DNA of 62,933 nucleotides, filler included, from Asterionella formosa (taxonomy: Eukaryota): NCBI GenBank assembly GCA_002256025.1. It is 2 parts of 2 records of this genome, joined end to end, with 100 filler letters (N's around TTAATTAATTAA, not from the genome) between each part and the next. Parts side by side here need not be neighbours in the genome. Positions count along the whole stretch, not along the records: positions 31,528 to 62,933 come from NKIB01000684.1; 1 more part is not named here. One strand, written 5' to 3'. Below are positions 50,515 to 62,933 of the stretch, one piece after another. The first letter of the stretch is position 1, and each line of letters begins with the position of its first letter. The notes beneath the pieces are model-generated. The model made no database searches and was not told where the DNA came from. It saw only the letters and a list, made by a program, of their open reading frames with translations. The position numbers and the translations under genes are program-made.

Positions 50515-53225
50515 TAGTATGTATCATAGCCCTGGTGTGTAGGCCTTCTATACCGGTACCTGGTCCCAGGTACCAGGTACCAGGTGACCAGGTACCTGGT
50601 ACCATACCAATTCATTCATTAGCTGAGGTCAACACACTCAGCATCACAATACCATTCCAGACATATTCACATTATAGGTATTTTATTCATATATTTTGTA
50701 TCTTTAGAATTCATACGAACTATAGTTTATGTAGCTAAATGAATAAGAGAATTCATATTGGATGGTGCTGACAATATCGATGGTAAGGATGATTGTTGAT
50801 ATGCTTCATGCACCCAGTTGCCAACAACCACCACATTGCTTCGATTTTCTCCATCAATTCATGCCCAATAGCACTCCAAAGATTTGCAGTCGATAACACA
50901 CACTAATTCAAATAGATATTTAGTTGAGCATTTCAACTTCAATGTTAAATGATTTGTTCCGTACCTGTTTTGTGCTCATTAGTAGGGTTGGTTGTTGCTT
51001 ACATCATGAATCATGTTGCGATATTTTTCGATATCCATTTCGCTCCGTTTTTCTCAATCAAATAAGGGCAGATTGCAATCAAACGATAAGTAGTGAAGTT
51101 GTCTTTCGCAACGATTTTTCCTCTAAAAATTTATCTTGAACTTTTAAAATATTTAGTTGTAACATCAACTATTCCTGCTTTGGAAATAACCGTATGATGG
51201 TGAACCATCACATGAAACCACGGCAAGTAATCTTGTTCAGTATAATAGTAAATATTATTTACGTGAAGTGCACAACCATAAGCTGTAGCTGAATTAAGAC
51301 ACCACTGTAGCATGAAATAAGACACCAAAAATATGCTTACTATTTCACAAAGGACGATGCATGTCGTAAATGAATTAGTCTCAAGAGCAGGACTTAGACT
51401 AGTTGAACTTTGAAATGAATTATTTGAACCAGAGGCATCAGCCCTGCTGTCATCATCACTGGCGCCTTCATCGGCATCATCTTCTTTCTCTTCCTCATCT
51501 TGGGATTGCAACTCTTGTTCCTGCTCGAGATGGCGACGTTCTCGCAGCCTTGGGGAAGAAGGGACACCCTCTCTGGCTGGTCTCCTTTGCCTGCCGGAAA
51601 AGGATGATGACATTGTCACAATGATCTAAAACAGAGGATGACAACGATGTACATAAGGCTGATTGATGTGTACATATATATGCATATTACCACCAGGTAC
51701 CTATTTTGGCGAGAGCAAGCCGTTTCGGGTATGAGCACGCAAGTCATGAAATATTCCGGGAAATCATATGCAGTCATACATGGATAGACATATTTCTATA
51801 TTTTGCACTGTTATTTCTAACTGTAAGAAATTTGTGTCAGTGCGAACCGGAGCTACCAAATTTGGTCAACACAAACACAAATGTTGGGGTTATGAGTACA
51901 GTAATTTATGTAATAATCATACACATGATATAATATTTTTTTAATTTCGAAGCGCGCCCACTATGTTGACTATAGGAATGATGCATTGGAGTAATTATAA
52001 TCAGCAAAAAGTAATACATATATCATAAATATGTATGATTACAGGCAAGTTATGGTCATTTTGCTTAAATAAACAATTTGATACGGAATAAAGATAGCTA
52101 AAGGTTTAGCTTCAGCACAATTACCGCAGCTTGCGTACCAGGACCTGGTACCGGTAGCACATGTTCAAATATTGGTAAAAATAGTGCTACTTCTACCAGT
52201 AGACATATTCCATACTCCGGACTCCGGAGTACCTGGTATCTGATATTGGACCGAGTCCAACGTCCAGATCAGGTAATGAGCGTGTCAATAGTCTTCCTTC
52301 TCTGTTGACTTGATTGAAACATGAACTACCAACTACTGACTACTACCGGTAGATGATAAATTTAAGGATACATGGTTGAAGATTGTGTATAGAATAAATG
52401 CCATAGTTGAGAGAGGAACTTTCAGGAGAAATTCTCTAACCTTTAAACAGACCTAGACACCCAATCTACAAATGATTGATTAGACAATTATAGATATGTC
52501 CGCCAAATCAAGGAATAGTCAGGAAGCAAACTAGATAAGATCCAGTTTTCAGGGTATCATGAATCGCTATAAGTAAATAAAGTAACAGCTGTGTTATGTG
52601 ATTTTGTAAAATGGATTTATGTAAAATATGAACTGTCTGCACTTACAGGTACTCTACTGAGATAAATTAATGTGGAGCCTGTTACACGAACCCACAGCCA
52701 CATACCAGTTCTAACTACCAGTATATGATGTATGATATTACTATTATTCAGTATATGACCATAAATATGTCTATATATATATTATATATACTATATATAT
52801 AAATAACTATGCCAACTATACCAGTAGTCAAGTATGCATGTAGTGAATCATGGCTAGGCAACATGTAGTAGAAACAGCTAGCTAGCTAGAATACCATAGT
52901 AGCAAACCTGATGTTGCTAGCAAAGGGAATACATGTAATACCTGGTCATATGCCTTCAGCAACTGTACAGTTGTCCTATCATGAGGTAAAATTTCTGTAT
53001 CATTAACCTATAAGGCCAAGCAAGGTAGATACTGAATGTCCTTGAGCCAAGTTACTGAGCAGCAAATTGTCAATAACAGCAGCAATAGTCTCAAATCTTG
53101 ACCTTACCTTCATGCTTCAGAGTGACCTCGGGCTGGACTATGAGCATTCCAAAATAGGGAAAATGGCAGAGCCAATCAGGATGCAAAACTGATGCAATGC
53201 ACAAGGGTGGCTGGCTGTAGCACTG

Positions 53226-54514
53226 CTAAACCGGTTGTGAACCTTCCTGCTCCATATACTCTTGATATTTTATGTAACGCTTTTCTTCGCGTGCGATATA
53301 CTCGTCAAACCGCTTTGGCAAATCAATGGAATGCTGTACCCAGCCACCGTCTAGGGGATGTTGTATCGAAATAGAATGGGCACACAAAAAGAGGGATCGG
53401 CCAATAGTGCTTCCATACAGCTCGTCGCCAACGATTGGACACCCCAGGACCTCGGATACGTGTTTCCGGAGCTGATGCTTTCTACCAGATTGCGGGTTAA
53501 GCTCAACCAAACTTAAGATTCCTTTTGTAGTTTGCACAGTTCTCAGCAATTTCCAAATGGTGATAGACGGTTTCCCCTCAATAGGATGTTCAATCCGTTC
53601 ACCATGTGAAGGTTCACCCTCCAGGAGGGCCGTATATGTTTTGTGGACTTTCCGCTGTTCAAACTGGTCTGCCAAATGAATCGATGCCTTCTTTGTTTTG
53701 GCCAACACCAGCAGCCCCGACGTTAGGGAATCCAAACGGTGGACAAGGACTGGATACTCCAACGCACTTTCTGTTCCTTTCATTGGTGGTTGCAAAACAT
53801 GTGGAGCAACTCTATATTAAACCGTGTGAAAATGAGAGTGATACTTTTTATCAGTCAATACTAAACATACACTTGAAAATCTATGGTCTTACCTCAACAC
53901 TGAATTGTTATTAAAACCTCCTTTCGATAGCGAGTGGCAAATCATGCCTGATGGCTTGTTGACTATGGCCATTTGATCATCCTCGTAGACGACAGGAAGT
54001 GGTACGATAGGCTTTCCATACGATAAGCCTTGATAACCGTCAGAGCGATGAGAGTTTCGCCTCAAAATGATATCTGAAGGAAATACTCGAGTATCGGTTT
54101 TCCCTTTTATTTCTATTTGGTCTCGTTTGACAATGATGTCTTTTTTCCTGTAGTAATTTGGATTTAGTGAGTAGAATACCGAAAAACTAACATTCGTTCA
54201 TCTTACGAAACGCACCGTATTGCACGTATGGCCATTGACCTAGATGGAAAGAGACTGGGATCTAGTACCATCATCGCAATCGGCAATGTAGCGTTTGACG
54301 AAGTTGTCAGGTGCGCCTTTGGGCGCTCCTCCCATAATTTCCCTGAAAATCCATTCTTTGGGACGTTCCATTCATTGGTTTGATCTGGTGAGTTCATGTC
54401 CACAATGGCGCCGATAATAAAAGATCGACATCTTGCCTTTTGTGGAACAAACGACCGACAGCATACAATTGACAACCAAAACGTCAACACAGACCCTATT
54501 CTAATTGTGCTCAT
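53226..54514 (-). CDS. RluA/RluD-family RNA pseudouridine synthase, 3 exons, probable plastid presequence
   Basis: Exons 54514-54216, 54147-53893 and 53811-53226 join in frame across GT-AG introns. Motifs VYEDD..AIVNKPSG, VHRLDSLTSGLLVLAK, GRKHQLRKH, PIVGDELYG, LCAHSISIQHP. Confidence 0.93.
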
Positions 54515-55379
54515 GTTGACAATGTGCCGTAGATGCCAATCATGTTTCCTATTCCGACTACGCAGATTAACTTCCGGTACCACCAGGTGCCGATCGTTGT
54601 CTAATTAGGTACCTATGTACTTACTATCCCTAAACGTAGACACTACTAGACTACTATACGTAAAAGTATGGATAGACTCGTGTGGGGGATCGTGCACACT
54701 TTCAAAACAGTCGTTCGGCTCTACTGTATTGGTAGCCAAGTGTATGAGTCCGTTCGCACTCGTCCGCACTCCGCACACTGGCATGCCTTCCTGTTGGCGG
54801 TGGTTCTTCATTACATATGTAAACGCTAGCACATACATTCTACGTAAAGACATTATAAAAGCACGATCGATATCCACATCATACAGCTGGGAATATCTGT
54901 GAATCATATATTTATTTAGCTTCATTTACATATTCCGGTATGTATATTTGTCAAAGATACATACATGATGCTTTCATATTCCGATGGCTTGTTCAAGACA
55001 ACAACGTTTTGGTAGGTAGGATTAATATTTATGCTTGAAGGCAGAGGTTCTAGGGTACAATTGGCGGACCCCATATCTACAAAGTAAAGGAAAGTGAAAT
55101 GGAAGATGTATGCTGTCGTGAACCAATCTTGGGGGTCCAACCAGAAATGGTAATAGATTGCAAGCCAGAAGGAGGGAATGTTTGAGATAGCCAAAAAATA
55201 GAAAAGAAATGGTGACTCCCAAATCCGTGTGTGTGGGTATACATTGAAATCGGCGCACCCGGTCATGAGAACATCAAACAATCGTTTTAACATTTAAACA
55301 AGCAGGTCCTTTTCAAATCAAAGTTAATTAAGAAATTGAGTGTCACAGTCAATTATTGGCAGTGCCTTCACGTGACGTT

Positions 55380-56208
55380 TCAGAATAGCCCTTTCGACTT
55401 TTTCAGACTCGTTCGTTTCCACAATGCCAAATTAGCAAATGCAGCTTTATCCATGCCAAAGACGTTGAAGAATTCAAGATCTGAAAGTGCTTGTTCACGA
55501 TTTCTCGGATCGTCACATTGAGAAATTGTCGTCTGAGGTCCAGCCGCTGCTTCTTGTCGAGAGGAGCAAGGTTCTGGTTTCTTGTCAATTTCACTCCGTA
55601 AAATCGATGGATTTAGAGAAGCATCATGATATCGACTGTCTTTCTTCCCCGCAGTATTACCACCACTTGAAACAGGGAGCTTCGTTTCTGCTTCCGTTTG
55701 TCCTGGCTGAATTATAATCTCGCCATCGCTTCCTTCAAGCACATTCATGACACCGTTCTTATGCAATGATGCCCTTCCCTTTTGCATTGCTGGTGTACTC
55801 TCATCTGCATAAAAGAATGTCACGAATCGACCAGTGGACATAAGGCGACATCCACCAAATACTGACATACCTTCCGGTAGGGCTAAACTAGCGGAATCGA
55901 TTCCCCCTTTTCCCTTAGCTATAACTGTAATATCAGTCTTGCTGTCTCCATCGTAGCCAACTAATATCCAATCTACAGATAAATCTCTCTCGTCTCTGAC
56001 TTGTGACCAGCCTGTATGTTGCGAGATAAAGATTGATGAGTGCAGGTAACAAAAATGGAAAGTAATAGTTTGGACAGACAGTGCTCCGATTAAACTCACT
56101 CTCTGCTACAATTGGAAGAACATTTACTCCACTACTTCTCTTTATTCCTCCAGAACGAGGATCTGTTTGAAGTGTACCAGCAACCAGGGGCAAGGGATCT
56201 GCTTTCAT
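55380..56208 (-). CDS. ADF-H (coactosin/drebrin-like) domain + C-terminal villin headpiece protein, 2 exons
   Basis: Intron 56099-56012 (GTGAG..CAG) joins AE-SWSQVRD. WSQVRD...DWILVGY...GKGG matches [39 protein letters not shown] is a canonical headpiece. Confidence 0.85.
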
Positions 56209-56589
56209 GTTCTGTTCTGTCCTGTCAGCTTTGTCTATATTTTTTGCACATGTTTTTTATCAAAATACTTCAAACAACAAATCATAAATCACGCACAACA
56301 ATGGCTGATCATCAGCTACTGCATGATCTAGACCCTCTTTTATCATTGCTTGTTGGCTGCTTATGAATGATGTGCGCGATCTGAAATCCACAGCAGAGAA
56401 TTATGACAACATACTACTGTAACTATCAGGGTACCATCAGGCACCAGGTACCTGGTACAAGTACCTCTGTGCAAGTTGGGGTCATTGCTTTTGCTTAAAT
56501 CCACACTTTAATCTTGGATAAAGATAGCTAAAGCTTTAGATCAGCAAAATTACAGCAACTTGCTCTGCCTGTTATACCGGCAATCCCCA

Positions 56590-57395
56590 CCCTAGCTATC
56601 GTCTTGCTTTTCGATGAGAACTGTGGGTGTCTAAGTAATTTTTGGTTTCTTTAAGTAATTATAATATATAGGGGCAATATGGGACACGTTGGATTTTTCG
56701 GAAGTCAATTTTAGGTTTGAGCAGCAGGGACCATCAAGCAACGTTAGGAGTAGAATTTTGATGGGAAAAAGTATACCGGTAGACACATCAAAAATCCATG
56801 GACCACCGAATATACCGGTACCGGTATATGCATGAAAAATAGTCACACAAGAATGATTGTAACAAGCAGCGAAATTCGACACGATGTTGTTAAGCAACCA
56901 AAGTATGAAACGGAAATCGAAAAGTAATATGTGAAAATGGCAAGCAGGGAGTAGAGTAAAAAGTGAAAAAGAAAATGGGTCAGCGGAAAAATCATGTGAA
57001 ATTTTGTCAACACATATTCATTAACAATTGTCAACTCACACTTTTTTGTCATTGCAATGAAATTTCAAAAAATTTCAGATCGGGCCTAGCAGAAACCGAT
57101 GCCTGAATGGATCAAGAGGCAATTCCCGCTCCAGCTATCGTCTTGCCATTCGGGTACTTCTAAGTAATTTTTTGGCTCTAAGTAATTTCTTAAGTAATTT
57201 TTATTTAAGGGCAATATGGGGCACATCGAATTTTTCGGCAATAAAATTGCCAATTTTAGCATGACAACCAGAATAACGGTATTATGCATAGAGATGGTAC
57301 AACAAGCAAGCGTAAAACGCACGAGAATGATTGTAACATGCAACATCAATGATAATTGAAAATGATGTTTGGAGCAACCAAAGTATGAAATGCCA
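56590..57395. repeat. Diverged two-copy direct repeat (~540-bp period)
   Basis: AGCTATCGTCTTGC...CTAAGTAATTTTT...GGGCAATATGGG.CAC...AGAATGATTGTAACA.GC...AGCAACCAAAGTATGAAA occurs at ~56594-56910 and ~57133-57390. Confidence 0.65.
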
Positions 57396-60177
57396 TGTAA
57401 TAAGTAGCATCAAATGAGAAATAGAAAAAATTGTTTTGGGTTAGAAATGAAATAAAAAATAAGAGTTCCAATAGAGATGTATGCATTGTGAATCATTGTA
57501 GTACTTACACAGGCAACATTGACTTTCCATTGCCATACAATCGAAGACCGAAAGAAGAAGAAAAAAGCTCAACCCAATGTAGAACTGCATCGTTATGTAG
57601 CATCAATGGTCTGGTTGCTGCAACCATGCGCATCGCTGTAGTAGCCTGACACCAGTAGCAGTATTTTCGCCACAGTCATTCCTCTCCGCCCACCAAACAG
57701 GCAACCCTGATCATTCCATTCTGAGCAAGCATGATTGCCATGCTGCTCCAGCACTATTGACTCTCTCTAGCTGAGTATTCATGTAGCTTCTGATACGAAC
57801 TTGCAGAAGAAATGTAGCAAAGCGCGTTAGTACAAGAAAAGCATTGCTTGGTGGCAATATTGACATCATTGTCAACGACTATACAAATCAACAAATACGA
57901 TCAACAACGGCACAATACCACATCTTCAATGAGTAGTCATTGATAAATGCATTGGTTCTTATGTAGATATGTACAATCGAAACAAAACGACAGTGCGTAA
58001 CGACAAACAACGATGGAAGCGATCAAAACAAACCACGGAAGCAATCAAATCGGAAAGTCGATAAATACGATCTACAATCCACATTCAGTGTTTCACTGTT
58101 GTACTCACCGATCCACTTCAACTAGCATAACAAGCAGCAGATGATGGGATCAAAGAAAGACGAACATTGCCTATTGCAAGCCCGAATAGAGCAAAGGCAG
58201 GCAAGATAGAGTGAGAACTATATGTGTGAGGACGAAATCGGGCATACGGTACGTAAAATCAATGAATATGTGAACGATATAATTCAACATTTCAGGTCTT
58301 GTAAAAATAATACCGAGTCTACAGAGAGAATATTATCACGTGTTCAAAGTAAGCGTTAAAGCAAAGCTTAAACCATGCATGGTTGTTTTTAGTACAACGT
58401 ACGTATGTAGACTAGATGACTGCCGGTACCGGCAGAATATCCGTTAAGCATCATTACCGGTACATACATGACCGTAGCAAAAACTTGCCACCAACATCAG
58501 ATGTATCGATATCATCGTTCGTCCGACGAAAAATGGACGATGCGACTACATGAATGCCTCGAGAAGACAAGCAATCCAACAATCAACCGCATCCGTTAGG
58601 CAAAGAATCGCTACTGGCGTCATCGCGGAACTGATTTCGCTTCAAACCGGTCATGATGGACGACGATTGGCATGGTGAAAGGTGAAATGCCGGAGTCCAC
58701 TTTTCAGGAGACGAACGAAAACGAGGTGAATTCTAGATATAAACTATTCAAATCTGTATAGTACATAAAATGGTTTCCTTAAGTAGACTCCTTGCCGATT
58801 TTGGCAGTCCCAGGGCTGGTAAACCAAGGGGCAATTGTCGTCTGTTGTCTTGCCAAAATGCGAACATATGAAATATACAAAATATATTTTAATGATTGGC
58901 AATATCGGACCTTTGGCAATTTTCGAGGTGAAGATAGGAAATATTCGAAATATATTTTATATGATGGGCAATAGTAGGCTAAAGTTGACATTTATGCTAA
59001 ATTTGTGGGCAGTAGGTTAGCGAATGACGCGACAATAGCTAGAGCAGGAATTGCCTCAACAATACCCTTCTCGGCGGCTACTCGTCTTCTCGTAGGCATG
59101 TGTTCGAGGAAATTTATGGCGCTTCTTCATAGTCCTTTCGCGCTCCAGTACTGCCCTGGAATGACCGGTCAAGGTCTATCTCGCGCTGCTCGTTTTGCAT
59201 ATTTATTATTCTGCAATATAATAAATACTGTCTATTTCCGTTCAGACATTCCTCAGACTACATCTAGTCTTCGGACACCTGTCGACATCAACAGCCTTAC
59301 AGACACATTCTGACAAGTATGAAGAAGAATACAAGAATGGTGATGTGCTAAACATTTACAAGAACAAAGAAGAAGACAGAGAAATAAAGAAGTCACTGAT
59401 GAAGAATTGCGTCAGAGCTGGATGTGCTGCTCAAAGCAATTTTTGAGATGATGAATACAACGAGAAGACAAAGACAAAAACAATGAGTTGGATGCCCCAG
59501 AATCAACAATTGTTATTGGATACTTCAAATTGAACCACCAGAAGTGGGTCCACAATGGCAGTCGTCTCAGTGTGGTCCCTGCAGCTGCCTGGTACTTAGC
59601 AGCCACCAAAGTTAGGCAAGAGATTGGGATTCGTGTCAACACCATTTCTACAAGGGCTGCAAGGTCAGATTCAAAGCCCTCACAACAGCAGATGATCCAA
59701 CAGCAACAAATACAAATCCAGAAACACTGAAGCCACAAAAATGATTATCATGACGACGGCAACAACCATACCTCCCATTCCCAACATAGCATCCATGCAG
59801 ACTATGTTAAATTCTATGCTATCCTCGACAATGCATTCAATACAAACTCCAAATGCGATGCAATCTTGCTTCAAGAATGCAATCAAAGCAGAACCTGTTG
59901 CAATTTGTTCTGTTGCAAGTTCCCTGGTGGCATATGATGAACGCACTGACAATCAAATTTGACAATAATTCCAATTGCAGCCCAGTAAGAACATTTGTCC
60001 TCCTCGAAAACCTTAACCAAACACTTGATGGACTTGTCTCCAACTGAAAAGCACCTGATGAACCATTTAAGAACCACGGGTCGTTTTCTATGATGGTCCA
60101 AGTGCTAATCATCATTTGCAGATCATATGAATATTCACATGTAATGGACGATAACATGATAATGATGATGTTGATGG

Positions 60178-60500
60178 TGGGTACAGGCAAAGATGGATTT
60201 AGCACTGTTTAGTTGTTTATGTTGGGGACAGGCAAAGATGGATTTAGCACTGTTTAGTTCATGATGGATGAGGGAAAACACATGTACCTTTCCAAAGAAT
60301 TAAAAAATGTTAGAACAAGAGGACAGAGGCTATTGGCTAAAAGTAATCTTGGTTCCATGATTCCCAGAATGGTTGCCATGTTCATAAAGGAACTCCTTAT
60401 CCAAAAAAAGTCAGAACAAGAGGACAGAGGCTACTGGCTAAAAGTGATCTTGGTTCCATGATTCCCAGAATGGTTGCCATGCTCATAAAGCAACTGCTTA
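60178..60500. repeat. Two short tandem duplications (~46 bp and ~103 bp periods)
   Basis: ACAGGCAAAGATGGATTTAGCACTGTTTAGTT occurs twice; AGAACAAGAGGACAGAGGCTA.TGGCTAAAAGT.ATCTTGGTTCCATGATTCCCAGAATGGTTGCCATG occurs twice. Confidence 0.85.
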
Positions 60501-60744
60501 TCCCCTGTTCTTTTGATGGCTACTTGGAGTTGCTAATGGTGGAATTAAATCAGAATATTTTTCGGATATTTGTTTGATACTAAAGGGCAAAACTAAGTAG
60601 CTAACTTGTAGCCATCGAAATTTTACTAATGCTGATATCATTCCTTCGATTATCACAATCAAAGTGCCCTCCTTTGACCTTGATCATCCCTTTTATGTAC
60701 TAGATATTCCTATACTATCAACAAAAGCATGAACTTATCTTGTT

Positions 60745-61883
60745 TCATAAATGTTTCCTTCGTTCAAATCTTGCACGACAAAGCCATTCCTGCAACGCCT
60801 GCACCTCATTGGAAAGAATCAAAGCAGCAGTCTGCGTTAGTGCCAAAGCATTGTCCTTCTCTTTTAGTGTTGGGTCGAACTCTGTGATCCGAAGGATACT
60901 TTCGGAATCTTCGATCTTGTCATATTCATCAACATACTGATTACTGAGCTTGGCCAAGCATTGATAGTCGTGAAAATTCCTGCTAGGATCAAAATGGGAA
61001 GAGCTTGTTTGCCATGGGTACTTGCGATCGACTTTGAGTTGTGCCTGATCCAACCCAAATACTTGCATCGCCTTGTTCCAAAGCAAGCTAGGAATAGATT
61101 TGTAAAGCTGTGCCTCAACTTCAAATAGAGTTTCGGCTATTGGCGTTCCATTGATTGCTTCAATCGCCTACAAAATAATCAAAATGGCAGTCATTAGGAA
61201 TTGAGACCTCGGTAGGCAATGACACTTTGACCATCGTCACGCACCATATGCTTCAAAAGCCATTGTGCTGACAACTTGGAAACTTGGGTGACAGCAATCT
61301 TGACTCCCATCTTATCCTCCCCAATACCAGTGAACAGGATTTCTCCCGTTCGATCAGTCGCCAGATTTGCCAGAGGTGCGGATGGGAATTTCACGTGGAC
61401 TCGAAACGTGGACGCGTGTCTAGGTGTAGTGGTGGCGGAGGCGTCAATCGGAGCATCCCAGGCCATGAGTTCCCGGTCCATGGATAGCAGCACGATGACT
61501 CGTTCCGGATTGAGTGTCGAGAAGAATCGTCGAATTGCTTCTGGCTTACACCCCATGGGTAACCCGTGCAGTCTAACTAAAGAGGAACGTTCGTCGCCAA
61601 TGTACTTTTCAAAGCTTGCCACTTCTGGATACCAAGAATCGACTTTGGCATCCTCCACTGAATGATTCAGTGTTTGTGGCTTTGCTCGCTTTCGTTTCAT
61701 TCCAATTCCAGGTAGCGTCCTTTTGACTGGGCGGGGTGCCAAAAGTGGCCGTACTGGTTCTGTCGGCTCCTTCTCCAATCGCACAATCTCGCGGCGTTTG
61801 GCTCGTTGTTCTTGCAGTCGTTCGCGAGCCTTGCGCCCGAGATCCTTCACATGCTGAGAGACGGGTACCGGTAGTTGCTCCAT
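60745..61883 (-). CDS. RRM-like (hnRNP F/H quasi-RRM-type) RNA-binding protein, 2 exons
   Basis: Exons 61883-61245 and 61167-60745 join in frame across a GTGCGT..TAG intron. Motifs SLVRLHGLPMGCKPEAIRRFF and VHVKFPSAPLA. Confidence 0.7.
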
Positions 61884-62381
61884 GGCGGATCTACCGGTAG
61901 TTCCAGCTAATAATAGCCAAAGTGTTTGAAACAATACCGGTACCAGGTAGTCACCATAGCAATACGCACATCTCTTTTGTAAATCACATTAGCGGGACCA
62001 CAGCAACTGTATTTACAGTACGTACGCATGTAATGTATGCATGTATACTATACACCATACCGGTACCTGGTACCAGGTACCAGGGTAGTCGGATATGATG
62101 AAGATAATGCTTTATGACAGTATAGTACCTGGTACCAGGGTACCAGGTGAGCAATCCTGCACATCGATACAGATATATATAGAGTTAGGGTTATATCGAA
62201 TACATCGGAATTCAATAATGAGAGAACCCGATTAACATCCATTCTATACTTTGATGACAGTTCAGGAAATGAGTTGTACATAAGGATTAATTTATAAGCT
62301 CATATATTCAATAAATACTACTACTTCTAGTTAGATACTTCACTTTGAATTCAAAAAGAGTCGAATTAGAAGACAACAAAC

Positions 62382-62933
62382 ATGGCAATGTATTCAAGGG
62401 TTCCTGTGATTCCTTTGATCAAAGACTACAATGTATTGACTATCAAGACTAAAACATTCAGAGTTGCTTTAACCGGTGGAAGGTTTGAATCGTTTGATCA
62501 AGATATGATCAATGGAAGCTCAGTGGAAGCATTGTTAATTGGAGTGAGTCAATTTCGTGACATGGCTAACACATGTGCCTTTAGCCCTGCAGATACCTTT
62601 TCCTACTTTAAAAGGTGTTTGACCGACATTGCCTTATCGGATTGGTTGAATGTGGAAGTACACCCAGAAGATCAATCTTACGATAGTTTCGATGAAGCGA
62701 TGGTTTTATGGTTAGACGATCATTTACCAAACGAGAGTTTTCAACATCAACAACAATGGATGCTATGTTATTTATCTAAACCCTTTTCTATGTTGGTAAT
62801 GGATTTCGGAGCTCGTATTAAAACTTTAAACAGGCTACTTCAACTAATGCCTCATCCAGAAGATCAAGTTGGATTGTCAAAAGAAGATATACGGATTATC
62901 ATTATCCGTTCTATGCCCAATGAGTGGCAACAA
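62382..62933 (+). CDS. Gag-like protein of a probable Ty3/Gypsy-type retrotransposon (runs off window)
   Basis: Open frame of 184 codons to the window edge. QQQWML.YLSKPFSM...F.ARIKTLNRLLQLMP...L..ED...III.SMPNEWQ resembles a retrotransposon gag capsid pattern. Confidence 0.6.
   Translation, partial: MAMYSRVPVIPLIKDYNVLTIKTKTFRVALTGGRFESFDQDMINGSSVEALLIGVSQFRDMANTCAFSPADTFSYFKRCLTDIALSDWLNVEVHPEDQSYDSFDEAMVLWLDDHLPNESFQHQQQWMLCYLSKPFSMLVMDFGARIKTLNRLLQLMPHPEDQVGLSKEDIRIIIIRSMPNEWQQ

Larger units (their letters stand above)
46654..51959. mobile_element. PIF/Harbinger-like DNA transposon, non-autonomous (5,306 bp)
   Basis: Perfect 16-bp TIR GGGCGCGCTTCGAAAT...ATTTCGAAGCGCGCCC; 3-bp TSD ACT (46651-53, 51960-62); contains a Myb-like accessory ORF remnant. 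Confidence 0.85.

Noticed and set aside
54605..55293. Short ORFs between the RluA and ADF-H genes
   Set aside because: No motifs or convincing splice structure; probably intergenic or UTR.
59300..59960. Q/M-rich ORF fragments resembling the Harbinger accessory tail
   Set aside because: Only low-complexity similarity; no TIRs or conserved domain identified.

Overview
Eukaryotic, transposon-dense window, most likely from a diatom or other stramenopile. This is inferred from short GT-AG introns, signal peptides followed by Phe (plastid-type presequences), diatom-type Copia and LINE proteins, and a KxxK/RxL secreted protein. Mobile DNA: two Ty1/Copia relics (one with a clean, frame-preserving 2.7-kb internal inversion) plus a third RT fragment, two related decayed non-LTR retrotransposons (APE-RT-RNase H type), a decayed tyrosine-recombinase (Crypton-like) ORF, and a Gypsy-like gag running off the right edge. 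A ~17-kb stack of DNA transposons has resolvable ends: a Ginger-like integrase+Ulp1 element (35034-46635) split by a 6.57-kb TIR element with a 2-bp TSD (36711-43282, second copy at 221-4374), followed 18 bp later by a Harbinger-like element (46654-51959) carrying a TA-TSD MITE and a tRNA-like SINE candidate. Host genes: Mpv17/PMP22 family, an unknown protein, an RluA-family pseudouridine synthase, an ADF-H + villin-headpiece protein and an RRM-like protein. The most striking result is that the apparent tandem-repeat array at 28.4-30.8 kb is a minus-strand gene of 14 tiny phase-0 exons (9-75 nt), missed by the ORF track. It encodes a secreted, lysine-periodic (KxxK) protein with RxL motifs, i.e. 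silaffin-like. There are two assembly artefacts: a poly-G/N/poly-C gap at ~10.1 kb and an N-TTAATTAATTAA-N linker at ~31.5 kb, so contiguity across the linker is unproven.
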